From positions 114,712 to 178,711 of the forward strand of contig RDEW01000011.1 in NCBI GenBank assembly GCA_011109175.1: 64,000 nucleotides of DNA. The letters are read 5' to 3'. The translations under genes were made by a program, and so were the position numbers. Each line of letters opens with the position of its first letter. Positions within the stretch are counted from its first letter, which is position 1. The notes beneath the pieces are model-generated. The model saw nothing but the letters and a program-made list of their open reading frames with translations, was not told where the DNA came from and ran no database searches. Below are positions 37,528 through 49,049 of this stretch, piece after piece. This stretch comes from Dicyema japonicum (lineage: Eukaryota; Animalia; Dicyemida).

Positions 37528-38289
37528 ATCCGGAAAAGACTCCAGATTACGCCACGTTTAATTAAATAATTTAATCGTTTTACTTTGTTAATCATTGAAA
37601 GTTCTAATTTAAATTTTTGAAATATTGTTTTTATGTGTTCTGGTAAAATAAATGCTAATTGTACCACCAATGGACTTGTGGAGCAGAACTCTCAAATGGG
37701 TGCTTGATGACAGCCGATCTTATATATGTCAGTGATGTCTGGGTAGTTAACTAACCAACAACTGCTAATGTCTGTGATCAATTCAGAAAACTCAAATTAA
37801 GTGAAAAATATCGATTGATTAACTAGGAATCATTAATTGAGAAATTAACAAATCACTCGTGAATTATTCTGATCAAGTAAACTCAAATTTCCTTCTGAGG
37901 ATGGAGTCAGGTCATAATTTGGGGGATTAAACAGAGAGTTCCACGGTTTCCGAGTTACGGTTCCGTGTTAAATCCTCTAATAATGTTTTGAATCCATTTT
38001 CATCGACTTGAAATTTATTATTTTTATTTAGTAAAAAATGGAAATTAATTATAAAATTTATTTATTAAATGGAAATAATTCAAAATTATTTAAATTTTAA
38101 TAGATTGGCGCATTATTGTTTTATGGAATTGAGTCATTTGCACTCTTTTATTGGGAAATCAAACAACGAACAGCGGTATAAAGAAAATATGGAAACAATT
38201 GAACAAATAGTTGTATTTGGTTCTGAATTTAGTACAATCGGCCTTTCCTGGACCACCCTATCGTCTCTCTCACTAGCATGGATATTCTA

Positions 38290-38740
38290 GAGAAGGAGGG
38301 TATCTTTATCATCAAATTCTTAGACGATTTTTATAAATTGAACTTCCACCGTCTAGGAGAGTGCAATTACGTTGTCGGTGCTGGGGATTACCACTCAGAT
38401 TTGTCTCTCGATTTCTCGAACTGTGATTTCATGGTTTTTTTGTCGTTGACCATAGGAATCTACGATGGATGAGACATATAAAGCGGTAATCTCAACCAAG
38501 TGCAGATCAAAGAACCCTAAGCCACGTTATTCTCCCAAATCAACCATATCTGCTCCATTTATCCGCCAGGATGTGTCTAAGAAACGAAGAGGTCTACAAT
38601 CGTCATTTGATTCCGGGATTGACGTTGGTGATTCACTTAGTAGGTTGTTTTGTGCTAATGTCAGAGACTTAGAGGCCTCACTTAATATTGATCCTTCTGT
38701 GAGATCATCCAAAAGGATTAGACGTGACCTTATTTAACTG
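38290..38740 (-). mobile_element. CRE-like post-RT relic
   Basis: LDTSWR...RGLGFFDLHLVEITALYVSS resembles the CRE pattern W.QA.LP..GGLG...A.LSS. Confidence 0.5.
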
Positions 38741-38869
38741 TTTGTCATATTTTGGTTTTTTATTTACTCTTTGGTAGGCAACACGTGGGTTGTGTAATTT
38801 TTTATCAGTAGAAATAGGTTATTGTATATTTTGGTGATATGCCTCGTTAATTTTACCAATGGAGTGTTT

Positions 38870-38940
38870 TTTTATTTTATTTATTTAACCCAAGACCACG
38901 GTAAAACAAAACTAATTATCACGTGATCCCAATGCATTTT
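38870..38940 (-). mobile_element. 71-bp extreme 5'-truncated GIT* LINE copy with 12-bp TSD
   Basis: AATGGAGTGTTT at 38858-38869 and 38941-38952; the insert is gggatcacgtga + 3'UTR accgtggtcttgggttaaataaata. Confidence 0.85.
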
Positions 38941-39059
38941 AATGGAGTGTTTATTGCCTTATCTGACTATGTTATCTGGATTTAGTGTATTGATTTTATA
39001 TTTTACAAATATTCGATTTGTTTACTAATATTGATGCCACGTTTATTTTATTCATGCAA

Positions 39060-39300
39060 GTCAGGTACTCTACTGAGAAGACATTAAAAGGTGGAAAACT
39101 TTAGTGACACTAAAGAAAATGCAGGTACATGAGTTGCCCCTTGTATCATTCAATACAAAATTGTGGCTTTACAACGCGTTTGTATTTCCCGTTCTTCCGT
39201 ACGATTCTGGAACATGGGAAAAATAAACTCTCACCACAGAAATCAGATGAAAACCAGGATTTCAATTAAGATTTGTAACAAAAAGCTTATGGAATTCACA
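39060..39300 (+). mobile_element. RTE LINE relic
   Basis: AFVFPVLPYDSGTW and HHRNQMKT..IKICNKKL. Confidence 0.6.
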
Positions 39301-39314
39301 GCCGATCTAATTAA

Positions 39315-39671
39315 TTGCCAAAAGGGAGAGGTGGGGGTTATTTGGACAATCCTAAGAATGGACCAAGCAGTTCAGGCAAACTATGCTATGGAAACTTACT
39401 TCCAGAGCAGCTGTGGATACTGATAAGTCCTCGCTACTCTCTCCCTATTGTAATTCACAAATCCTCCACGTTCTTTCAATTTTGGGCAGACAATATTCGA
39501 ACCGGATCATACGTAGATACACAGTTTCGGGTTTCCGATATCTCCTTAATCAGTCACCTCGTCAATGTTCCTGAGAAATGCGAAGAAGCATTCCGTGCAA
39601 TAGAGATAGGTCACCACCTCAACATTCCATCACTAATTTTGATTTTTTGCATCGTAACTCTTTTGATTTGA
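39315..39671 (+). CDS. Possible 3' part of a host gene with a hydrophobic C-terminus, unidentified
   Basis: 118-codon open frame ending IPSLILIFCIVTLLI*; no recognised family. Confidence 0.3.
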   Translation: MPKGRGGGYLDNPKNGPSSSGKLCYGNLLPEQLWILISPRYSLPIVIHKSSTFFQFWADNIRTGSYVDTQFRVSDISLISHLVNVPEKCEEAFRAIEIGHHLNIPSLILIFCIVTLLI

Positions 39672-39859
39672 TTAGTTATCAAATATGCTGCAAATGTTGG
39701 ACTAACAACCGATTTGTTTATTCAAAAGTTATTAATAGCGTAATGAACCTATCATTGACCCATAACTTATTCAACCGAGTAGATTAGAATGAACTACTGA
39801 AATAATGGAAGAAACGGCTATTCTAATAGGATTAATGTTTTTATGTTGGAAAATAAGCT

Positions 39860-40075
39860 CTCAAATGGTTTAGCCGAGGATCAGAAGAAAAGGAAGTACC
39901 GAAGTATTTCGGAGGATCAACTGTTTGTCCCAATTTCTGTCAAGACGTCAAGAATTCTTGCCCAACAAGCGGACGATTGGCTTGATGATCCAAATGGTCA
40001 CCAAGGATCCAGAGATAGTTTCGACAGGGTATCTCGATAGCTATTGTCAGAGGAAACAGCCTGGCCATCCAAGCT
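39860..40075 (+). mobile_element. CRE-like element 3' end
   Basis: AEDQKKRKYRSI..FVPISVKTS..ISIAIVRGNSLAI. Confidence 0.75.
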
Positions 40076-40079
40076 CCAT

Positions 40080-40290
40080 TATTTATTTAGAACCCCGGGA
40101 TCGTTGTGAAAGAAAGACAGAAAAACGTCATTACCGTGCTAAAGAGCCTTCTCTCATCCCTGCAGAGGAATCTGATTGGGGAGGGGAACTCCCTAACCAA
40201 TCGACTTTCTTTTGCTTTAGAAAAGTACAGGCTAAGCGGGTTTCCGTCCTCCTCACAGACCCGAAGGAATCCGGTTCCGCGACTATTAAA
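40080..40290 (-). mobile_element. I/Jockey-like LINE 3' end
   Basis: Strongly similar to 34083-34350 with an internal deletion; (TAAA)n tail. Confidence 0.8.
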
Positions 40291-40419
40291 GCTCCATAGA
40301 TCAATTTATTTATTTTGTTATTAAATTTTTAAAATGTTTTATTAATGTCAAATATTAATATTCGTCGTCTAAATTATAAAAACGACAACCAGAATAATCA
40401 ATATCGAATATATCCTCCT

Positions 40420-42152
40420 TCGTAGTGGAGACATCCTTCGAGCCCACAAAGTGCATCCCAGAGAATGGCTAATATAACACAACACGCGTACAGATGGCAG
40501 TGAGTCAGTCTCATGCGATCTACCACAAATGTCCTGGTATAAACCACAAAAAAACTTCTAGTTCTATCGAATGTCTCTTTAGTGAGCTAGCCTTCATCAA
40601 CATCTTCTCTCTACAGAAAAATTCGTCCTTTAGTTTCGTGTAACTACAATTATCCGCATGCCCCTACTTTCTATGTAGAATTACGTATTTTATTTTCCAC
40701 TCCTTTCCTCCCTCGCTTGAACACGTGCTTATTGGCGTCAATTTTGCTCTTAACTAGACAAAATGCTTACTTTTGCTGATTTTTAATAACTTTATCCATT
40801 TGGGCGGTCAACCTTACGCATTCCTGGGCTTGTTTAACAACCTCCTCCTTTAGTGCCTGGGAGTTACTTGCAAAATCACATAAATATCTGCATCCTTGGA
40901 TTTTAACAGGTCTTCCAAGTTCTTCACTTCACTGACGTGCTTTAGTTTTAGCTCGTTGATCAAAGAGGCGGTCTTCAATTAGTAACCACACAAACTCGGG
41001 ACTCTTCTTCCAATGCACTCTGGCTCAGTCTCTTGTTATTCGTTAGCAGTTCCTCGACTTATCTAAGCCATTTACCTTCATTTGCTGCTCCATCTCGAGA
41101 ACGGCCGATTTCTTGTCTTCGATCTCAACCTTGGCTGACTCGAGTTGCTACAGTAAGTAATTTTTAACCTCTTCCAGTTCCTCCAATCTCAACTTCAACA
41201 TAGACTCCCTTTCACAGTTCTCCTTAAGTTCAGAAGCCATTTTCTTAGCTTTCGTTTTTTCCAAACGTATTTTCTCGACAAATTCAGACTATTATAAGTT
41301 CAACCACGTGTACTGTTTTTTTCTCATCCGTTAATATAAGACGATCATTTTCGAGCTCCAAGTGCTCAATTTTGGACTCCAAGTCAAACAACCTTTGTTT
41401 AACTTCCTCGGGGATCTCTGTTTTCTCCTAAAATGACTGATTTGACCACCTGGTTTGTTTCCCTTATGATCTCCTCCAGTTCCTTCACCCTTTGTTTGAG
41501 GGAGAAGACCTCCTTTTTCAGATCTCCGTTGGCCTGCTTGAGATTGGCGGTTACCTCTGAATTCAGTTTTTTCCGTAAATCACAAATTTCCCGCTTCTGT
41601 GATGTAGACTACATCAAAACATATTTTTGCAGCAGATTTTGGTCTAATTTGTTCTCGTACTCAATTCTGCAGGCTCTCCTGGCGTTTTCAAGTTCCTCCA
41701 ATAATTAAACTCAAACCTTCTTGTGAGTCTTCTCCTGGAAGATGGTGTTGTAGTCATACAGTTGAGTTCTATGTCATTAGTCAGTAATACAGCTTCTCTG
41801 TCGTCTCATTCAGTTGATTGTCATATGAAAGCTCGTGCATATGAGTCACGTGGTACAGACGATCTTTTAGTAGCTGAATTTCCTGACATTTTCTAACTAA
41901 GATACATTTTCTAGTGATTTATTCTTTTCTGCAAAGTCAGAAAGGGGGATAATGTAGGAGTCTTCCGTTTGGCAGGTCTCATCCTCGTTTTCCTTTGTGA
42001 GAATTCGCTTTTCTGACGGAGATTTTCTAAATTAACAACCGGGAATACATTTCCGCAAATTTCATGCACCTAGAATCCGCCAACTCCGCAATTTGGTCAA
42101 ACACATTCCAGACATGATCCTCAAATCCCACATTCCTCCTCGGAGATTGCAT
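40420..42152 (-). CDS. Long coiled-coil protein, unidentified
   Basis: MQSPRRNVGFEDHVWNVFDQIAEL..., heptad-rich exons (ELENARRACRIEYENKL; LKKEVFSLKQRVKELEE) and short GT-AG introns; 3' end uncertain. Confidence 0.55.
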
Positions 42153-42169
42153 ACTGTTGCCTAGTAGCT

Positions 42170-42590
42170 ATATTTATTATTATTGCGCACATTCACAATA
42201 AAAAAGTTATATCCTTCCCGTCACTTGTGCCACCCCCGGATGATTTGGTCTGTTGATTCTAGACTCCTCCACGCTCTTCTCGAGATTGGGATTCTTTGTA
42301 TTCTGTCTAGAGTCTAGATCATCTGCATCTTCTAATAAAATTTAACATGTTTAAGATCGATGTTCATTATGTTAAAGTTGTTCGTGGCTTCCTTCTAAAG
42401 CACCCGAGCCGAGGAAGTATGATTCCATAATATCGTATGCAGGTACGGCATGATTCATCCGTAACACGTGTCCAAATAATCCCCATCTGGTTTCAGTAAT
42501 AAGACCAAGTGCTTCGATTTACAAACTGTGTCTTGGTTTTTGATAAGTACGATTTCTCCAGGGTGTGTTTTAGAGAGGGATGTCACCACC
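42170..42590 (-). mobile_element. RTE LINE (second subfamily) 3' portion
   Basis: ETRWGLFGHVLRMNHAVPAYDIMESYF and a terminal segment matching 6840-6987. Confidence 0.8.
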
Positions 42591-42675
42591 TCAACCATGA
42601 AAGTAGCTATATAGCTATATTTATATTTTTATTATTTAATTAAATCATTAAAATTAGTGCACATTCATGTAAGGC

Positions 42676-43088
42676 ATGACAACACCGAACGATTGGAATG
42701 TAGTAATTAGCGATATTTAAAGAAAGTAAGGCTAAAACCGAACCATTCCCTCATGGATTGATAAAATTCTCAAAAACAAAGAAGAAAGAGGCCACAAGAC
42801 AACTCAGACTAATCTCTCCCGAGGAGTTGTCCTCACACTGCAAAGAGGACGACATATGGATCTCCTTCAAAGGTTATTTTCTCAAACTGACCCCAGGTCT
42901 TGTATTCGACATAACCAGCTACATGGACTTTCACCCAGGAGGGATTGACAAACTAATGGAAGTTGGGGGGAAAGATGCTACACAGCTTTTTGAGGAGGTA
43001 TAGTATGCCCTATAGCCAGAACCACCCATGGGTGAACGGAATGGGAATATTGGAGAATTTAATGATTGGGAAAATTAACAATAAATAG
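42676..43088 (+). CDS. CYB5R4: Cytochrome b5-like heme-binding protein of the CYB5R4/Irc21 type (b5 domain only)
   Basis: MTTPNDWN|KVRLKPNHSLMD(W)I...ISPEELSSHCKEDDIWISFKG|LVFDITSYMDFHPGG..GGKDATQLFEE|NHPWVN...MIGKINNK*; both heme-ligand His residues present; one G missing at 42760. Confidence 0.85.
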
Positions 43089-43135
43089 TAAATGAGAATA
43101 ATTTATTGAATATTTAATTTGGTAATACAAAATAA

Positions 43136-43627
43136 TTAAAATTCTTGTTTTGAATCCGACATTTGTTGATAAAGGACCTTCATGTTCCTCAATTCCTCAA
43201 TTAGGGTTTTGTTTTGAGATTCGAGGAGCTTCACTCGGTTCTCCAGGCAGGTCACGTACTCTTTTTTCTTTTTCCTGCACTCTCTGGCCGCCTCTCTGAG
43301 AGATTAGAATAATACAATAATAAACCGATTTTTAACTAATCGGATTTCCCTTTTTTTGTTAATGTCCTCAGAATCCTCCCCTGGACTCATTCTGCGTGAC
43401 TGCTTCCCCTCAATTATATTCTGACGTTGATCGAAAGGGATCATTGAGTACCCCCTTTGAACTCCGCCGTGGCCGAACGCCATGGGAACTGGAAATTAGC
43501 AGATAAGTACTGTTTGCTGGAGGGAAGTAGAAAATTTGGTCGACAGGAGAAGAAAAGCCACCAGTTTGAGGATCTAAAATAACATGGGCCAACAACCAAT
43601 CTGGTTCTTAGATGGGTCAGAACTCAT
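43136..43627 (-). CDS. CREB: CREB/CREM/ATF1-family bZIP transcription factor, about 138 aa
   Basis: KKREIRLVKNR|EAARECRKKKKEYVTCLENRVKLLESQNKTLIEELRNMKVLY closely matches the CREB bZIP; three coding introns of 23, 22 and 30 nt; frame intact. Confidence 0.9.
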
Positions 43628-43915
43628 CTACGTCAAATTAGCTCAAACAGTGATGTCACACTATTGCGACAACAAACATAACCAAATAACGCCGCTATAG
43701 CAATAAAAACCGTAAGAGATAAGCAAAGCCGCCAGTAATCAATGCCCTAGCAACAACAGTGCCTTTTCGTCAATGGTTAACCAACCCGCTTACACTTTCT
43801 ATTAATACAATCGATCACAATCAATTACTCCGATATATTTAAAATCAATATTATTAATTACTACAAAAATATTTCCCCTCTCAAATATTTGTTTATTTAT
43901 TCAAATATATATATT

Positions 43916-45338
43916 TTAATCCACGTGCTGCAAAATATCGTCCAAGGCACGAATGGCCGCTTTTGCGCGATTATTATAGTCGCTTTGTGAACTTCTCATG
44001 GTCTCGTTCGGTTTCGAATCCCGAGAGTTCTCCATTGATAGGGTAGAGTTCCAGGTAAAGTCGTCGGGGACTTCTCTTCGAGGGTATCTCCGCGAGGGAC
44101 GGCGGACGAAATGCACGCTTCTTCGGGGACTACTCTCCGTCCCTGCCTGAAATTCTGTTCTTCCGCTAGAATAACTGCGAAATTATACCTGTAGCGGAAC
44201 CGGGACCCCAATCTGAGCGTAAAAGACTTTCTGAAGTCACTAGTGCTTCTCAGTCGGTAGAAAGCGTGGTGTTCGATGGCAGACTTCCACAGTTGTTTAC
44301 AGGCGGAGACCTGGGCAGTCCTGAATACGAATTTTAGCTCCGTTTTGACCTTAAATGAAACAAAGGACCACCCCATCGTGGGAGTCGATCAGAACAAGTA
44401 TTAGTTTGTGGGACCGAAAGTCGAGTCGCTTGATAGTGGGCCAGAAAAACAGCCCAATTTTTTCTTGTCCTTCAAAAATTAGGATTCCTGAAGGGGTAAG
44501 TCCGAGGGAGTATGTGTTCTCATCACAGCCGATAACTGAGTGTAGATCCACTCCGTACATGTCCAAATACTTGCATTTGTTGAGGAAGGCCAACTCTGCA
44601 TGTTCGGTGGTGAGTCCTCTATAGGTCTGGTAGACCTCGTAGACTTGCCTTTCGAACTGTTCCGTTTGGTTAGGGACGAATCTGAACTCTGAGATCATTG
44701 TCCGAGTGTGAGAGTTCCGATTAAAGTCTCCCAGTTCGGCTATAATTAGCACATGACTCTACATTGAAGAATGAGAGCAGACAAATCCACAGCCACGTCC
44801 TCTTTGCAGTCCAACTTCCCCGTAAAGAGATCACTCTTCAACTGGAGGTACATGTGGTATCTATGATGAGCAATTAAAAAACCTCGTGCATTCCTCCTTC
44901 ATCTTGTTGGGCTCGGATGGGTAAAATTTTACGAGGAAATTGAAATGGACAGTCCTCCCCTTCCCCTTGCATTGCTGAGTCAGGGACTTCATGGGATCAA
45001 GCCATTTCTGTTCAAAACCGGGGATTAACCTTCACATGGTCCATATCTACGAACTGGAGACCAAAGTAGTCCTTCTCGAGTAGGTCCAGGTGGTAGAAGG
45101 CCAGTTCCAGGAGATCACTGCCTATGCACTTTTTCTAGAGTAACAAAACAACCCAACTCGTTGTTCGAAGCAAATCTCTGTTCCGTCAAGAAATGCGATC
45201 CTGCATATAAGGAAGCCTTTCTTCGGTTTTCTCGGTTCAGCAGATGAAGTCACGTGATCTCGTCTGCCTCGACCAGAAATGAGGCGCCGGAGTAGTGAGA
45301 AGCTATTCCCGACCACTAAATTAAGACAATAAATTACT
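43916..45338 (-). CDS. EPB41L5: FERM-domain protein EPB41L5/yurt
   Basis: [90 protein letters not shown]; splices cleanly over 21-23-nt introns with no frameshift. Confidence 0.92.
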
Positions 45339-46129
45339 TTAATTTGTCAAATTGGCCGAGTAAAACTGGCAACAGTCCGATTATTTGCTGGGTTTACCAG
45401 TTTATTTAACTATTTTAATATCAATTTAATTTTTGCTCTTTTATTTAAAACATTTAAATTTGTGAGGTTTTCTAAGATCGCTTAGCAATTAATTTATTGG
45501 GGGAAACTGCCCCTAAGGTATCAGGTCCTTACCCACTTTTGCTGTAGTCGAGAGTATTGCCTAGATTTAACACGCTATTATATTTTTTACTTTGATTATA
45601 CGGCTAAGGCAGTAAATTTTGGTTTTCATGACACTGGGAATTTGGGAATATTGAGTTTTCCTTAGCCAAGCGTCAAGTAACAATAAAATTTCAAGCCACG
45701 TGCTATGGAATGCTTAAAATTACGTTTTTAAGAATATTAGAATTATAGATTGATTATTATTTTATAATCAATTTAATTTATCTGTAGTCATGAAATTCGA
45801 TGTGTTCCTCACAAAATCAATAATAAAATATTGAGATAACCATAATTAGGCACGTGCTACACTCCTGGGAGATTGATACTCGGGAATTTGCGCACAATAG
45901 GTTTTTCCCTGACCACACAATAATGTATTTTTCATTTTCATCCATAAATCAGTCTCCACCAAAATCTGAATGCAGCAAACTTTCACTCTTTTCAGACGGT
46001 CTCCGCTCACATTCTTTTTTCTGATAATCCAGAGATATCTTTCTTAGACTGAGAATGCGGTTTTGGGCTTTTATGACGTTATCCACATCAATGCTGTCAC
46101 ATCATACCTTTCCACGTCAACATAGTTCA

Positions 46130-46800
46130 TCTATGAAATGAATAATTCCTATAACCACGGTGACACCAAACTAACTACTCACGTGATCCCTGTACAATCC
46201 AACAGAGACGTTAACTTGGCACATGTTTTCTCCTTGAGACCATGCAAGCATGTATCGGTCGTTCAACTGGATGCTCTTATTCACATGAGTCCTCTCCTCG
46301 GTTAATGCGGATTAGGAAATCAAAGGTCTTGGAGGGAGACCTTTCCAGAAGTTCATCACTCGGTAACTTTACATGCCCTTTTTTGACTGGCTTCCATCTT
46401 CATGGAATCTGTCCTATGAAACAGTCTTTTCCAATTCAGATTGTACCAAAGGTTCAAGACTGCTTTTAGTCTCTTTTGGTCTCCGATCCGATTATCCCCT
46501 GATGAAATTCTCTGTGACACCCCAAGGAACTGCTTAGAAATAAACTCTTAATTCAAATGAAGCAAGGATTCCATCGTTTTTTGGAAATATATCTCCACCT
46601 GTTTTTTGAGTGAGACATTGTCTTGATCTCATCAAAGTGGATATAACCTATTTTCTTTTGTTGATAAACTCAGGAGGCATACAAAATCTGAAGTTTTGAT
46701 ATAAGGAAGTATCGGATGCACTCTGAGTTCTCCGCGTCTAGTCCAATTTGGAGGAGCATCGACAGCATTGCTTTGAGGGAGAACAAGGTAGTTGTTATTC
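46130..46800 (-). mobile_element. GIT* LINE 3' portion
   Basis: ORF end AKLTSLLDCTGIT* plus the shared 3'UTR; upstream sequence degraded. Confidence 0.65.
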
Positions 46801-47094
46801 ACAAGTCTCCAATGTTCTTAACGCTAACAATAAGCAAAAATTATTTTAAATGCAAAATTTTAAAAAAGTGTCAATAATTTTAAATATTTTGTTACTCGAA
46901 TTTTTAATGAAATTAAAAAAGCACAAAAATAAGATCACCTATTTTTATGAATTTAGATCTTGGCATTACCACACAGGATCACATGTCGAAAATTGCTAGT
47001 TTTGAAAAATTAGGTTTATTTCGTTGTGTATTTTTAATTTTGAAAGCTGAATATTCAAAAATAATGGAAAATTAATTAGGTCTTAGAAATTAAA

Positions 47095-47290
47095 TGATAT
47101 GGCTCGAAGCCATCCAGTCTCACTTGGATCTTTGGTGATTCTGGATCATAGCCGATTCGACGGAATAGATTGTCAGGTGTGGGCCGAGGATTCCTGACGT
47201 CTCAGCAGTAAATGGAACAACAAAGTGATCCTCCGTAATGCTTCGGTACTATCTTCTCTTCTGATCGTTTGCGTTAAATCTTTTATTAGG
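47095..47290 (-). mobile_element. CRE-like element 3' end
   Basis: DQKRR*YRSITEDHFVVPFTAETSGILG. Confidence 0.7.
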
Positions 47291-48114
47291 CAAAAAAACA
47301 AATAGTTAGGGAAAATCTAATTAAGGCCACTTTCACCGCCTTGCGTTAGCGTTTTCATTGCTCCACTTTCATCTTACCCGTGCCTCCTTTAGTTCAAGTT
47401 ATTCATTATCTTTTTTTATAATATCCTCCGGGTCCTTAAAGCCTCTTTTCGGCATCGGCGCTCTATAAGAGATCCTTAAAAAATACCGTATTGCCCGCCG
47501 CCGACCATCATAAGGTTGGTCAGGCACTTTTCGTGTTCCTCACTGCAATACCAGGAGTGCACACCATAAAATTGTTCCAAAAACCAAAGTAAAACCAAAA
47601 TGACTAATTCCTTGATCCTACACCTTCATCCAAGAACATCCAGAGGATTTTGTCCTGGGAGCTGGGGTTAATTCCAGAACTCGTAACCAGGAAACGAAAT
47701 TGTCTTCCTAAGTCGTCTTGGCAGCAATTAAGAGGAACGTAAATCGGTCGAAGAGCCTCTGGCATGGTAGAAGACAAAGGTGGCGTCCCATGCAAGTGGA
47801 TCCACGCTTTATAATAGAATCGAACGATCGTCCTTGCCTTTATAAACGACCAGAAGATAGGCCATCTCTTCGTTGTTCTGGTTTGTCTTCAACTACTGCA
47901 CCACAGTAAATACACTTGACAAATCTCCGATAGTGTTTGCTTTTTGTAGTTTCTTTCCTGTTAGTTGCCGGTTTCTTTTACTTGAATGGCAAATAAATAA
48001 AAAAAGATGGTTTGCACGGAAAAATAAAATTAGGGTGAATTTTAATCATTATTGATTTTAATCTGAATTTAATCAATTTTATTTAACGCAAAAACTAACA
48101 GTTAACCTCTCCCT

Positions 48115-48370
48115 GACAAATTCTCTTATGAAGACTACATTCCACTGAAGAATGAAGTGATGTCCGCGACGGTAGGACATGCGACGAAATGGAAGTGGGC
48201 GGACCTACTTCCCCACCTCTCTTTGGAAGCGGAAAACCTGTAATGAAGTGTTGGAAGATGGATTTGGTCGGCACAAGCAGATGTTATTTCTTTGGTTCCT
48301 TCCTTGGATTAATTAGTTATGACTGTTTGTGCTGGGCTTACAATGTAAGCCTTGGGTTAATAATAATAAC
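48115..48370 (+). mobile_element. SINE family B, 5'-truncated, with 3' hairpin and (TAA)n tail
   Basis: Family-B body; GGCTTAC-aat-GTAAGCC hairpin, then ttgggttaataataataa. Confidence 0.75.
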
Positions 48371-48379
48371 TGCTGAGCG

Positions 48380-48960
48380 CATTTCACCTGACGATTTGGA
48401 AGGAAATGCGCTCAATAAGCTATCTCCTTTCTCTCCTATCATTTTTTCCTGACGATGAGCGAGCCGATTCTGTTTAGCAGAACCAGTGACCTGTTTCCTA
48501 TGATTCCTGGCGTTTCCATGGCGACTGGAACAAAAATGAACTGTCCACAAAGACATGCGTATTTCTTTAACTTTAGGATCTCATCCTTCTCCGAAGCAGA
48601 TCCTGGGTTAGTTGCTGTCGTTGCAAGGTTGGAGAGAGAGAGGCTATCGACACAGGTAGCGTCTCAGGCGAGATATTTACCACTTTCCCATGGGAAGAGT
48701 AGTTCCGTCCGGTCTTCGGTTGGCTTGAGCAAATCCAAGCGGCTCCAATTGGACAGGAAATCCAGCAGCCTCAAGTCCCCACGCAATAATTTAATCAATG
48801 CTACGTGCGTCAATCCCTTTTCCCCATCAAAAATTGTCGGGAGTTCGGTAGACACACTGTATGCCGAGGAAAATCAATGAATACAAAGAGAAAAAATACG
48901 AAGCGCTACGCGATCGATTCACGTTCTACTTCATTGTTGTTGAGACAACCGAGGAATAAG
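48380..48960 (+). mobile_element. CRE-like RLE relic
   Basis: NATCVNPFSPSKIVG..KKYEALRDRFTFYFIVVET, homologous to 18310-18480. Confidence 0.75.
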
Positions 48961-49049
48961 TGGGAAATCGCTTCGTTTTTTAAAGAAACTTGGTTATTTG
49001 TATAAAATTTGTTATTTGCTCAGTATAACCGTTTTATTTGCTCTATCAG

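Noticed and set aside
45930-46140. KXD1-like small gene (IDVDNVIKAQNRIL)
   Set aside because: The similarity is only about 12 residues, and no convincing spliced model could be built.
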